Origin: Patescibacteria group bacterium
GTDB lineage: Bacteria > Patescibacteriota > Patescibacteriia > Veblenbacterales > UBA10138
NCBI GenBank assembly: GCA_041648575.1
Contig: JBAZOT010000001.1
Span: 31,298 to 95,297, forward strand
DNA length: 64,000 bases
Direction: 5' to 3'
Part shown: positions 1 through 9,703 of the stretch, one piece after another
How positions within the stretch are numbered: position 1 is the stretch's first letter
How the letters are laid out: each line of letters begins with the position of its first letter
Made by a program: the position numbers and the translations under genes
Notes under the pieces: generated by a model
Databases searched by the model: none
Told to the model about the DNA's origin: nothing
What the model saw: the letters and a program-made list of their open reading frames with translations, nothing else

Positions 1-1391
1 CCAGTTTCTAATAATGATAAGTCACCGACCAGTTTAGGTTCTAAAACCACGATTTGACGCAGCGCTCGCTGACCTAGTTGGTTAAGCGAATCAGAAAGTT
101 GTTGATACTCTTGTTTTTGATCTTTAGCTTTGCGTGGAAGTTGAGCTAACAATATTCGCGCTTCATCTAAAAGTTTTGCAGCTTTAGCGTCATCGTGATA
201 AATCAAAGATGCTTCAATGGCGCCGCGTTTTTCGGTTATATTATTGATAATCGTCTTATAGTTATTATTATCTGAACCTTGCAGGTTTATTCTACCAGAA
301 AGAACAATACTATAAGAAAAAATAAATACCAAAATTAACACGATTGTCCCTAATACACGATGAATCTGCACTGACGATCGGTATTGCTTGATAATTTTTT
401 CAAAACTAGATATTACATAATTTTTAAGTTCAGAACGACGCCAGGGGATATGAATATTAGTAATTATATTAATTATTTTTTTGGTTAGCCTAACCGTAGT
501 AGAATGTTCACTTTCTTCACTTATTACTGATTGAGATACCGGTTTTGACCGATTGTTATATTGGAAGCTAGCAATATTTTTTAGTGTTGGTAAAAGTCTA
601 ATAATTTTGGCTTTAATATGAAGAAAAAAATTCGGTTTTAAAATATTGGTGGTTCGTTTCGCTGATCTAATTAATTGATTTACTGAATCTTCAGTAGTAG
701 TAATATGTTGTGGCGTGGAAAGATTAAGGATAATTAAGCTTACCGGTGGTTGACGATCCATTTGAGTAATTAATTTTTCAATAATTTTCGTGGCGGAACC
801 AGGTGCAGCCGTACTAATAATTTGTCTTAGTTTATCAACAGAAAAATAATCCATTATTCCAGGGTTTGATAATAATAACGATTCTCCAAGCTTTAGATGG
901 CCGCTAATCAATTGCTGAAAAACTGGTTTTTTACTTATTACAGAATAATCATTATCATTTTGAATACTCGTTTTTACGATATTTGTAAAACGCGTTGTTG
1001 AGATAACAAATGCGCTAGCCGCACCAATCGTTGATACGCAAATTTCCGGATTTCTAAATAAGGCAATAGCCAAATGATAACGTGGCGCTTGGGGATTAAA
1101 AGGGAATGGTGATAGTAAGCGAGCTAATGTTTTATTCACCTCCATTAGAATATTTTCCATTATTTCTTCTGCTAACTCCAAACGGTGTGTTGTTTCGTAC
1201 CATAGACTATCAATACGTGAAAGTAATGCCGCTCCTACACCCTGGGCTGTGGCATAAGGCAGATCTAATTCCCCGACTAATAATAAATGTTCATTATCAC
1301 GCGACCAAACATTAGCCAAACTTGGGGTTTGCATGTTTTCTATCGCCAGCCGGGCTAATTTGATATTGATTATTATTTTTTTTTCACTCAT
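1..1391 (-). CDS. Hypothetical membrane-anchored protein, possible degenerate PP2C-like N-terminal domain; runs off the window edge (missing from ORF track)
   Basis: Manual translation from ATG at 1391 (MSEKKIIINIKLARLAIENM...LISGHLKLGESLLLSNPG...); hydrophobic segment near 300-360; fold call is by resemblance only. Confidence 0.65.
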   Translation of the reverse strand, partial: MSEKKIIINIKLARLAIENMQTPSLANVWSRDNEHLLLVGELDLPYATAQGVGAALLSRIDSLWYETTHRLELAEEIMENILMEVNKTLARLLSPFPFNPQAPRYHLAIALFRNPEICVSTIGAASAFVISTTRFTNIVKTSIQNDNDYSVISKKPVFQQLISGHLKLGESLLLSNPGIMDYFSVDKLRQIISTAAPGSATKIIEKLITQMDRQPPVSLIILNLSTPQHITTTEDSVNQLIRSAKRTTNILKPNFFLHIKAKIIRLLPTLKNIASFQYNNRSKPVSQSVISEESEHSTTVRLTKKIINIITNIHIPWRRSELKNYVISSFEKIIKQYRSSVQIHRVLGTIVLILVFIFSYSIVLSGRINLQGSDNNNYKTIINNITEKRGAIEASLIYHDDAKAAKLLDEARILLAQLPRKAKDQKQEYQQLSDSLNQLGQRALRQIVVLEPKLVGDLSLLET

Positions 1392-1564
1392 CGGATATAG
1401 TTATTAACAGATTATTATTCACCTAAATACCATACAAACACAGGAAGAATAACAAGGTAAATAATGAATAAGGTTTACTAATTGACTATATTTAAGTATA
1501 CTATAAGTCAGCGAGACTGAAAATAAGTTAATTTTTATATAAAAATAATAAATGCTAAATTTTT

Positions 1565-2131
1565 ATGCTTGAACAATTGTTTGGTTCACGAACCAGGGTA
1601 AAATTATTAAGACTATTTTTAATAAATCAGGATACTGCTTTTTATGTTAGGGAGATTACTAGAAAAATTGATGAGCAGTTGAATTCTGTTAGAAGGGAGT
1701 TGTCTAATTTATTATCTTTAGGGTTGGTAACTACGGTTAATCAGGGTGAAAAAAAATATTATCAGTTGAATAAAAACTTTGCTCTAGTTAAAGAGTTAAG
1801 TGATCTGCTACTTAAATCACAGATTTTATTAGAGCAGCATTTTATTAAGAACATGAAAGAAACTGGTAAGATTCGTTATTTACTATTAACCGGATCGTTT
1901 ACCGGATTAAAACAATCCCCCACAGATATTTTAATTGTTGGACAGGTAAATAAAGCTATGCTGGTTAATGCGATTGAAAAATTTCAGCGAGAGATAGGTC
2001 GTGAAATTAATTATACTTTACTGTCCACCAGAGATTATAATGAGCGACGTAGTTTGGGAGATAAATTCTTATTAACTGCGATGAATGGCCCCAAAGTAAT
2101 AGTGGTGGACGATATTACTACAGAAGAATAA
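1565..2131 (+). CDS. Winged-helix (ArsR-like) regulator fused to a degenerate minimal nucleotidyltransferase-like domain
   Basis: N-terminal LFGSRTRVKLL..YVREITR..NSVRREL HTH; C-terminal LLTGSF..SPTDILIVG resembles the MNT motif. Confidence 0.7.
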   Translation: MLEQLFGSRTRVKLLRLFLINQDTAFYVREITRKIDEQLNSVRRELSNLLSLGLVTTVNQGEKKYYQLNKNFALVKELSDLLLKSQILLEQHFIKNMKETGKIRYLLLTGSFTGLKQSPTDILIVGQVNKAMLVNAIEKFQREIGREINYTLLSTRDYNERRSLGDKFLLTAMNGPKVIVVDDITTEE

Positions 2132-2135
2132 ATTT

Positions 2136-3113
2136 ATGATTAATGTTTGTATTTTAAGTTCCCAACTACGCTGTCTAACAAATCCTCAGGAGTCAGAGCT
2201 TGTGTCGTTACTAAAAAAGGAGATAGTGTGGGTAGATCTTGAAATTAAAGAAAAAAAGGACGCAAAAATCTTAACTAGTATTTTTAATTTTCATCAACTT
2301 TCGGTTGCTGACTGTTTGGACGATGTCCATTATCCAAAAATAGAGCAATTTGCTGATTATTTGTTTGTGATTTTACATACAGTGGAATCCTTAAAAGGAG
2401 TAACTTATAAGACGAGTGAAGTTGATTTTTTTATTCAGCCCAAATGTTTAATCACTGTTCATCGTGGTTCAGCCGATACTTTAGCTACTATTAGAAAGCA
2501 TTTTTTAATGGGTGGTTTACCAGCCGCAGTGAAGCCAGATTTATTATTTCATGTGATAGCTAGCAAATATGTAGATGAATATTTTCCAGTTTTAGAAATG
2601 TTAGACACCGAGATCGACACCATTGAAGACTCTGTTTTTAAGGGCAAAATACCAACTACCCATGGCGCAGTCGGTTTAACTGGATCAATATTGCAGGTAA
2701 AAAAGAGTATTACGGGCTTAAAGCGTCTATTGACACCCCAACGGGACATTTTTAATCAGCTTAGTCGTAATGAATTTATTCAAATATCAAAAACTACTGC
2801 AGTATATTTCCGTGATATTTATGATCGCTTATTTAGAATAACTGAGATGTTGGATTCGTTTCGGGATATTTTATCATCAACTTTAGAAGCATATTTGTCT
2901 GTGGTTTCAAACAAATTGAATGAAGTTATGAAGGTACTTACTGTGGTAACTGTTATTTTATTGCCATTAACGTTAATTGCTGGAATATATGGTATGAATT
3001 TTCGTTATATGCCAGAATTATACAGTGTCTGGGGATATCCATCTGCATTATTATTAATGGTATTAGTGACGTTGTCTTTGATTTGGTATTTTAAACGCCG
3101 GCATTGGTTGTAG
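2136..3113 (+). CDS. corA: Magnesium/cobalt transporter CorA
   Basis: NEVMKVLT..PLTLIAGIYGMNF..MPEL signature, two C-terminal TM helices. Confidence 0.95.
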   Translation: MINVCILSSQLRCLTNPQESELVSLLKKEIVWVDLEIKEKKDAKILTSIFNFHQLSVADCLDDVHYPKIEQFADYLFVILHTVESLKGVTYKTSEVDFFIQPKCLITVHRGSADTLATIRKHFLMGGLPAAVKPDLLFHVIASKYVDEYFPVLEMLDTEIDTIEDSVFKGKIPTTHGAVGLTGSILQVKKSITGLKRLLTPQRDIFNQLSRNEFIQISKTTAVYFRDIYDRLFRITEMLDSFRDILSSTLEAYLSVVSNKLNEVMKVLTVVTVILLPLTLIAGIYGMNFRYMPELYSVWGYPSALLLMVLVTLSLIWYFKRRHWL

Positions 3114-3114
3114 T

Positions 3115-3276
3115 ATGATGTTAAATCTTCGTTCGTTGTTTATTGCTTTAGCGGCAGTACTATGGAGTACTGACGCTCTTTTTAGTAAACCCTTAACCCA
3201 AGATTTATCAGCACTGTCAATTGTTTTTTCTGAGCATTTATTAGCCTTAGTGTTTGTGGTACCGATACTGGAATAA
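3115..3276 (+). pseudogene. Truncated EamA/DMT transporter fragment (53 aa)
   Basis: MMLNLRSLFIALAAVLWSTDALFSKPLTQDLSALSIVFSEHLLALVFVVPILE* resembles the first two helices of DMT transporters, then stops. Confidence 0.6.
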
Positions 3277-3280
3277 CTAT

Positions 3281-3682
3281 ATGGCGAAAAAATCCAATTT
3301 CTTAATTGAGAAAAAAGATATTAATTCAGGATATTTATATATCGATGCAGTATCTAGTCACGATTTGCATTTAATGTTATTTAATAAGCATCGAATATTA
3401 AAACAAGTGAGGACAAAGCAGGGCGCTAATACAGAAAAATTCTTATCTATCTTAAATAATTTTCTAGTAGCTGATAAATCAATTTCAATTGGAGGTATGG
3501 TAATTGCGCAAGGGCAGGGGAGTTATTGTCAGAATCGAATAGTAACTGCCATAGCCAATACCTTGGCTTATGTTTGGCAAATATCAGTGGCTCGTATTGA
3601 TATTAAAAAAAATAATCAGGTGTTTACTCATTTATCTCGAGTAAGATTTTCTCAATCTACCAATTCAATCTATTATAATTAA
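3281..3682 (+). CDS. tsaB: Short, divergent TsaB-like protein (t6A biosynthesis)
   Basis: LYIDAVS start and GQGSYCQNRIVTAIANTLAY corresponding to GPGSFTGLRIG..AN.LA; ATG at 3281. Confidence 0.6.
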   Translation: MAKKSNFLIEKKDINSGYLYIDAVSSHDLHLMLFNKHRILKQVRTKQGANTEKFLSILNNFLVADKSISIGGMVIAQGQGSYCQNRIVTAIANTLAYVWQISVARIDIKKNNQVFTHLSRVRFSQSTNSIYYN

Positions 3683-3731
3683 TAATACAAATTCAATTTT
3701 TTAAAGGGTAAATATACTGTTTTGTGGTTTT

Positions 3732-3760
3732 ATTACTAGCTTGACAAGCTAGTAATTTTT
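3732..3760 (+). terminator. Intrinsic terminator-like palindrome
   Basis: ATTACTAGCTTG-A-CAAGCTAGTAAT followed by a T run. Confidence 0.6.
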
Positions 3761-3789
3761 GTATCTTATTCGAGATATTAACACATTAA

Positions 3790-3851
3790 TTGACAGTTGT
3801 ATTATTGTGGTGTAAAATGGAGTAGTGGTGGTATAAAGTGGATAAAAGTGG
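3790..3851 (+). promoter_or_regulatory. dcw promoter with MraZ-binding boxes
   Basis: TTGACA(3790)-N17-TAAAAT(3813); GTGG at 3807, 3828, 3838, 3848 and ATGG at 3817 (about 10-bp period). Confidence 0.8.
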
Positions 3852-3920
3852 GGATAAGTTTAATCAAACGTGGATAAGTTAGTTTATTAAGACACAAACA
3901 TTGACTTTTCAACAAATTTT

Positions 3921-4352
3921 ATGTTTATTGGTGAATACCAACATAGCATTGATAATAAAGGCCGTTTGCAAATTCCTGCTAAATTACGCCAAGAATTAGG
4001 TAAAGGAGCTGTAGTAACGCGGGGGATTGATAATTGTTTATTCCTTTATACTAAAAAAGCATGGTTGAGTTTGGCGGAAAAGCTTTCCAAGTTGCCTATT
4101 GGCAAAGCTTCTACTCGCGCTTTTGCTAGATTGATGTTGGCTGGGGCAATGGATGTGGATATTGATAATCAGGGAAGAATGTTGGTCCCTGATTTTTTGC
4201 GCGATTATGCGGCTTTGAAAAAAACAGTGGTAATTGCTGGATTATATAGTCGTTTGGAAATTTGGGATAAAACAGAATGGCAAAAGTATAAACAGGGAAC
4301 GGAAAAGAGTAGTGTAGCGATTGCCGAGACATTGGGTGACTTGGGTGTATAA
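3921..4352 (+). CDS. mraZ: Division/cell wall cluster repressor MraZ
   Basis: MFIGEYQHSIDNKGRL and DNQGRMLVP (two DxxGR motifs). Confidence 0.97.
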   Translation: MFIGEYQHSIDNKGRLQIPAKLRQELGKGAVVTRGIDNCLFLYTKKAWLSLAEKLSKLPIGKASTRAFARLMLAGAMDVDIDNQGRMLVPDFLRDYAALKKTVVIAGLYSRLEIWDKTEWQKYKQGTEKSSVAIAETLGDLGV

Positions 4353-4354
4353 AA

Positions 4355-5284
4355 ATGAATACTAAGCATCAGCCCGTTCTTTACACAGAGGCTCTGCAAT
4401 TATTAAAACTTGAAGCCAATGATAATGTTATCGACTGCACAGTTGGGGGAGCTGGTCATAGCGAAGGAATCTTGAAAGCCATAGCGCCCAGAGGAAAACT
4501 ATTGGGATTTGATGCCGACCCTAAGGCCATAAAATTAGTTGAAAAAAAATTAGATCAATATAAAAATCGAGTTACCTTAATTAATTCATCGTTTAGTAAA
4601 TTAGAATATTATGTGGGTCGCTATAATTTTAAGCCTGTGGTTGCCATCCTTTTGGACCTTGGTTGGTCAACCGACCAATTGGTCAATAATAATAGAGGAT
4701 TTTCTTACCAAACAAACGGGTATCTAGACTTACGTTATAATTCGGCTCAAGGTAGAACAGCGGCTGATATCTTAAATCAGGAAACAGAAAAAAATTTACA
4801 ATTGATTTTTAAAAATTACGCTGACGAGCGATTTGCTTTGCCGCTGGCTCGGGCAATAATCCAACAACGGAAAAAGAAGAAATTTGACCGCACTCAAGAC
4901 TTATTGGACGTTATTTATCAAATTAAAAAAGTGAAACGCGGTCAACTGCATCCGGCAACAAAAATTTGGCAAGCATTAAGAATCGCCGTCAATGATGAAT
5001 TTGAAGAGTTAAGGAAAACAATGCCTCAGGCCCTCAATGTCTTAAAGAAACACGGTAGGCTAGCTATTATCAGTTTTCATTCGGGAGAGGATAGAATAAT
5101 TAAAAATTTTATTAAAACTGAGTCAAGAGATTGTCTTTGCTCACCAGAAGTACCCGTTTGCCGCTGCCAGCATCAAGCAAGTTTACGACTAATAACCCGT
5201 AAAGCAATCAAACCTACTTTAAAAGAAATAATAATTAATCCTAGTTCGCATAGCGCTCACTTGCGAATAATGGAAAAAATATAA
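4355..5284 (+). CDS. rsmH: 16S rRNA m4C1402 methyltransferase
   Basis: HQPVL, DCTVGGAGHS, HPATKIWQALRIAVN, ISFHSGEDR; follows mraZ. Confidence 0.96.
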   Translation: MNTKHQPVLYTEALQLLKLEANDNVIDCTVGGAGHSEGILKAIAPRGKLLGFDADPKAIKLVEKKLDQYKNRVTLINSSFSKLEYYVGRYNFKPVVAILLDLGWSTDQLVNNNRGFSYQTNGYLDLRYNSAQGRTAADILNQETEKNLQLIFKNYADERFALPLARAIIQQRKKKKFDRTQDLLDVIYQIKKVKRGQLHPATKIWQALRIAVNDEFEELRKTMPQALNVLKKHGRLAIISFHSGEDRIIKNFIKTESRDCLCSPEVPVCRCQHQASLRLITRKAIKPTLKEIIINPSSHSAHLRIMEKI

Positions 5285-5293
5285 AACAAAAAT

Positions 5294-5635
5294 ATGCCAT
5301 CATATCTAATTAATTCACCTAAAGCCAATTCACAGGTTGATCAAAAAAAAGTTAGCCGAGTTTTAAGCATATCATTATTAACTTCTTTTATAATTCTTTT
5401 AATTGCTTATGTTGTTGAAACTAATGAGTTAGCAACTAAAGGGTATGAAATTAGGGCCTTAGAACAGCAGGTAGAAGCATTAGAGCAAAGTTACGAAGAA
5501 TATGAACTTAAAGCCGGTGAATTGCAGGCCCTTAATAATATGAATAATTTGCAAATAAAGGATTTTGTAGCAGTGGAAAAAGTTGAATATCTAAGTACTA
5601 TACCAACATCTAGTGGAGTAGCGGTTAACCAATAA
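5294..5635 (+). CDS. ftsL: FtsL-like cell division protein
   Basis: Single TM plus coiled coil, between rsmH and ftsI. Confidence 0.65.
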   Translation: MPSYLINSPKANSQVDQKKVSRVLSISLLTSFIILLIAYVVETNELATKGYEIRALEQQVEALEQSYEEYELKAGELQALNNMNNLQIKDFVAVEKVEYLSTIPTSSGVAVNQ

Positions 5636-5641
5636 TTTTTT

Positions 5642-7393
5642 ATGAATAGCACTGGAACCGGAAACGGAAACGGGAATTTTTTATATAGAAGACTGGCATT
5701 TATTAAGCTAGTTTTTTTGATTATAATTTTTATAGTAATAGTTAGATTATTTGATTTACAAATATTAAATCATGCATGGTATGAAGCATTAGCATCAGGT
5801 CAACACGATGTCTTATCTGAATTAATCCCCAAACGAGGTCAAATATACATTCAAGATAAATATGCAGCCAGCGGCAGAATAATGGCAGCGGTAAATCGAG
5901 ACGCTACGTTACTTTATGCAGTTCCGGAAGAAATTACCGATGTAGATCAGGTGGCGGAAAAACTTAGTCCGTTAATTGATATGGATGTTGAACAGCTAAA
6001 ATTATTAATTAATAAACCAGGAGATCCGTATGAACCGCTACTACATCAAGTACCTGAAGAATTAGTAAAAAATATAAATCAGTTACAACTTGCTGGAATT
6101 AAGTTTACCACTGAAACTATGAGATATTATGCCCCAATTCCAGATCTAGGACAGGTTACGGGTTTTTTAGGTTATAATGAGAATTTAAGGCAAGGGCAAT
6201 ATGGGATAGAGGGTTTTTGGGAAAAAACGCTCGCAGGTAAACAAGGAAGTCTCCGAGCGGAAAAAGATGTGGCGGGAAGTTTAATTGCATTGGGTAAACG
6301 CGATATAATTTCAGCTATTAACGGATCAGACATTGTGTTGACTATAGATTATAATATTCAGTTAGATGCTTGTACTGAATTAGAAAAGGCTGTTAAAAAA
6401 CACGGAGCTGATAGTGGTAGTTTAATAATTATGGATCCGAAAAGTGGAGCTATTAAGGCACTTTGTAATGCGCCAAATTTTGACCCGAATAATTATGGAG
6501 AGGTAGAAAATATTAAATTTTTCACTAATCCAGTTATTTCACATCCTTATGAACCAGGATCGGTATTCAAGCCAATAACTATAGCAGCCGCTTTGCACTC
6601 TGGCGCAGTAACTCCGGAAACTATTTATGAAGATACTGGACAAGTAGTTATCGGTTCAAAGGTAATAAAAAATTCTGATGAACAAGCTCACGGGCAACAA
6701 ACTATGATAAGCGTATTAGAAAAGTCATTAAATACCGGTGCAATTTTTGCCATGCGCCAGGCAGGTGCAGAAAATTTTCAAAAAATGGTAGTTAATTTTG
6801 GCTTTGGTTCTTTATTTAATATTGAATTACCAACCGAGTCAACCGGTGACATTCGGTCAATTTATGAAAATAATGAAATATATTTAGCTACGGCATCTTT
6901 TGGGCAAGGTATATCAGTTACACCATTACAGTTAATTACGGCTTATAGTGCCATTGCTAATCGGGGTATTTTAATGAGACCTTATATTGTAAAAGAAATT
7001 ATAGCCCCAGATGGTCGTAGTGAAATAACGTCAGTACAAGAAATTAGGGCAGTTTTAACACCCATGGAAGCGCGTACTTTAGCAGGCATGATGGTTCAAG
7101 TGGTGGAGGAAGGGCATGGCAAGCGTGCAGGAGTGCCTGGATATTATGTTGCTGGTAAAACCGGTACCGCGCAAGTACCATTACAGAATAAGGCTGGTTA
7201 TGATCCTGATAAAACCATTGGTACATTCGTTGGTTTTGCTCCGGTTGATGATCCCATTTTTGTTATGTTGGTTAAAATTGATAATCCAAAAGATGTCACT
7301 TTTGCTGAAAGTACCGCGGCACCGTTGTTTGGTCGAGTAGCTAAATTCTTGTTAGACTATTATCAGGTGCCTCCAGAGCGTGAGATAAAATAG
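5642..7393 (+). CDS. ftsI: Class B penicillin-binding protein (FtsI/PBP2 family)
   Basis: N-terminal TM, RGQI, YEPGSVFK (SxxK), SLN (SxN), KTGT motifs. Confidence 0.92.
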   Translation: MNSTGTGNGNGNFLYRRLAFIKLVFLIIIFIVIVRLFDLQILNHAWYEALASGQHDVLSELIPKRGQIYIQDKYAASGRIMAAVNRDATLLYAVPEEITDVDQVAEKLSPLIDMDVEQLKLLINKPGDPYEPLLHQVPEELVKNINQLQLAGIKFTTETMRYYAPIPDLGQVTGFLGYNENLRQGQYGIEGFWEKTLAGKQGSLRAEKDVAGSLIALGKRDIISAINGSDIVLTIDYNIQLDACTELEKAVKKHGADSGSLIIMDPKSGAIKALCNAPNFDPNNYGEVENIKFFTNPVISHPYEPGSVFKPITIAAALHSGAVTPETIYEDTGQVVIGSKVIKNSDEQAHGQQTMISVLEKSLNTGAIFAMRQAGAENFQKMVVNFGFGSLFNIELPTESTGDIRSIYENNEIYLATASFGQGISVTPLQLITAYSAIANRGILMRPYIVKEIIAPDGRSEITSVQEIRAVLTPMEARTLAGMMVQVVEEGHGKRAGVPGYYVAGKTGTAQVPLQNKAGYDPDKTIGTFVGFAPVDDPIFVMLVKIDNPKDVTFAESTAAPLFGRVAKFLLDYYQVPPEREIK

Positions 7394-7399
7394 TTAATT

Positions 7400-8683
7400 A
7401 TGAAGAAAATCATACAATTTATACTTAAAGTTTTGGCTAGATCCACAATTACTAGGTATCAACCAAGGGTAGTGGGAATTACTGGGTCGGTGGGCAAAAC
7501 CTCAACTAAGGAGGCTATAGCTGCTATTTTGGCTTTAAGATATTCTGTTGGGCAAACGAATAAGAATTTTAATAATGAAATTGGTCTGCCCCTGACAATT
7601 ATCGGTGCTAAGAATTCTGGATATAGAAATCCGATTACTTGGTTGATAATTTTTGTTAGGGCTTTATGGCAAATTATTGTCAAGAATAATAAATATCCTG
7701 AATTTTTAATATTGGAAATGGGTATTGATCACAAAGGCGATATGGATTATTTACTTTCAATTGTTCAGCCCGAAGCTGGAGTGTTAACCGCAGTGTCCGA
7801 AGTTCATTTGGAATTTTTAGGTAGTATTGATAACGTGGTTTACGAAAAGGGAAAGTTGTTACGGTCGTTGCCTAAGCAGGGTATTGCAGTAATAAATTGC
7901 GAAGATCAACGCTTATTAACATTGTTAGATAAAATTAAGGCGAAGATCATAACTTTCGGTTTTTCCAATCAAGCACAAGTTTGGGCTGATGGTATTCAAA
8001 TGTCCAAAAATAACAACAACGAGGTGCAGGGTTTGAGTTTTAAATTGCATTATGGTGGGGGAGTAACGCCATTATTGTTGCCGCAGGTTTTAGGCAGACA
8101 TCAAATTAATATTGCACTAGCTGCGGCGGCAATTGGTTTGGGTTTAGAGTTTACTGCTGTTGATGTATCTTCAGCGCTAAGAAATTTTACTTTTCCGCCA
8201 GGCAGAATGAAATTAATACCAGGAGTTAAGAATACAAAAGTTATTGACGATAGTTATAATTCTTCACCTTTAGCTTTAAAAGAAGCACTTAAAACTTTAG
8301 CTGATTTTCCGCTTAATGGGCAAGCAAAGCGCTGGGCAATCTTAGGTGACATGTTGGAATTAGGGGCTGATAGTATTAAGTTGCACCGCGAATGTGGTGA
8401 ATTGGTTGCTAATTTAGGAATTGATTATTTAATGACAGTAGGTGAGCAATCCAGAGATCTTGGTAGGGGCGCGGGAGCGAGCGGGTTTGGGCGTGATAAT
8501 TATGTTCATTTTGCCACTGCTCAAGAAGCAGCCCTGTTTGTTAAAGATAAATTGTGTGAGGGAGATGTATTGTTAATTAAAGGTTCGCAAGGGATTCGTA
8601 TGGAACGGGCGGTTAAAGAACTAATGGCCGATCCTACCAAAGCAAATGATTTATTAGTACGACAATATAAACCTTGGATTTAA
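7400..8683 (+). CDS. murF: UDP-MurNAc-tripeptide--D-Ala-D-Ala ligase
   Basis: GITGSVGKTSTK, NNEIGLP, DDSYNSSP, GDMLELG, KGSQG. Confidence 0.95.
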   Translation: MKKIIQFILKVLARSTITRYQPRVVGITGSVGKTSTKEAIAAILALRYSVGQTNKNFNNEIGLPLTIIGAKNSGYRNPITWLIIFVRALWQIIVKNNKYPEFLILEMGIDHKGDMDYLLSIVQPEAGVLTAVSEVHLEFLGSIDNVVYEKGKLLRSLPKQGIAVINCEDQRLLTLLDKIKAKIITFGFSNQAQVWADGIQMSKNNNNEVQGLSFKLHYGGGVTPLLLPQVLGRHQINIALAAAAIGLGLEFTAVDVSSALRNFTFPPGRMKLIPGVKNTKVIDDSYNSSPLALKEALKTLADFPLNGQAKRWAILGDMLELGADSIKLHRECGELVANLGIDYLMTVGEQSRDLGRGAGASGFGRDNYVHFATAQEAALFVKDKLCEGDVLLIKGSQGIRMERAVKELMADPTKANDLLVRQYKPWI

Positions 8684-8695
8684 TATTTTAAAGCT

Positions 8696-9643
8696 ATGTC
8701 AAAAATTTTAATCACTGGAGCTTTTGGACAAATTGGTAGTGAATTAGTTCCAGTACTTCAGCAAAAATATGGATTGGATAATGTTATCGCTGCTGGTCAC
8801 AGCAATTTACCCGAAAAATTTGTCGGAATATCGGAAAAAATATCAATTTCCGATACTAGTTCATTGAATGATGTAATAAAAAAATACAACATTGATACTA
8901 TTTATCATTTAGCATCATTCCTTTCGGCTAAGTGTGAGCGTGATCCGGATTTAGCTTGGCAAGTGAATATGGGTGGTCTAAAAAATATTTTAGACCTTGC
9001 ACGTGATAAAAAGTTAAAGGTTTTTTGGCCCAGTTCAATAGGAGCGTTTGGACCAACTACACCAAAAATTAATACACCTCAGCATACAATTATGGAGCCC
9101 ACAACAATTTATGGCGTTACCAAACTGGCTGGCGAATTATTATGTCAGTATTATTTTTTGAAATACGGCGTCGATGTTAGGAGTGTACGCTATCCTGGTA
9201 TTATCACGTATAAAACAGAGCCGTCTGACGGAACAACAGAATATTCTATAACAATGTTATATGAGGCAGCTAAAGGGGTTAAAGTTTTTAGTTGTTTTTT
9301 AACTGACAATACCTTATTGCCAATGATGTATATTGATGATGCTATTTGGGCGACAATTGCCTTAATGGATGCACCAGCAGAAAATATAAAAATTAGAACC
9401 AGTTATAATTTAGCTGCTATTAGTTTTTCACCCAAAGAATTATTACAGGAAATAAATAAATATATTCCGGATTTTGTTTGTGAATATAAGCCAGATTTTC
9501 ATCAAGCTATTGCTGATTCCTGGCCAAAGACTATTAATGATAATGAGGCCAGAGAGCAATGGGGTTGGGGTCATCAATATGATTTAACCAAAATGACCAA
9601 ATTGATTTTGGATAAATTAAGGGAAAAATTTGGGAAGTCTTGA
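8696..9643 (+). CDS. SDR-family L-threonine 3-dehydrogenase-like NAD-dependent epimerase/dehydratase
   Basis: TGAFGQIG, WPSSIGAFGP, PTTIYGVTK, RYPGII..GTTEY, IADSWP motifs. Confidence 0.8.
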   Translation: MSKILITGAFGQIGSELVPVLQQKYGLDNVIAAGHSNLPEKFVGISEKISISDTSSLNDVIKKYNIDTIYHLASFLSAKCERDPDLAWQVNMGGLKNILDLARDKKLKVFWPSSIGAFGPTTPKINTPQHTIMEPTTIYGVTKLAGELLCQYYFLKYGVDVRSVRYPGIITYKTEPSDGTTEYSITMLYEAAKGVKVFSCFLTDNTLLPMMYIDDAIWATIALMDAPAENIKIRTSYNLAAISFSPKELLQEINKYIPDFVCEYKPDFHQAIADSWPKTINDNEAREQWGWGHQYDLTKMTKLILDKLREKFGKS

Positions 9644-9703
9644 AACTATTGACTAAAATAGATTTTTAACGTATTTTTTATTAACTGTTAGTAATATATA
9701 TAA

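Noticed and set aside
1106-1315. 69-aa + strand ORF
   Set aside because: Shadow of the long - strand CDS 1..1391
5654-5677. GGAAAC-like microrepeat at the ftsI N-terminus (GTGNGNGN)
   Set aside because: Too short; low-complexity cytoplasmic tail
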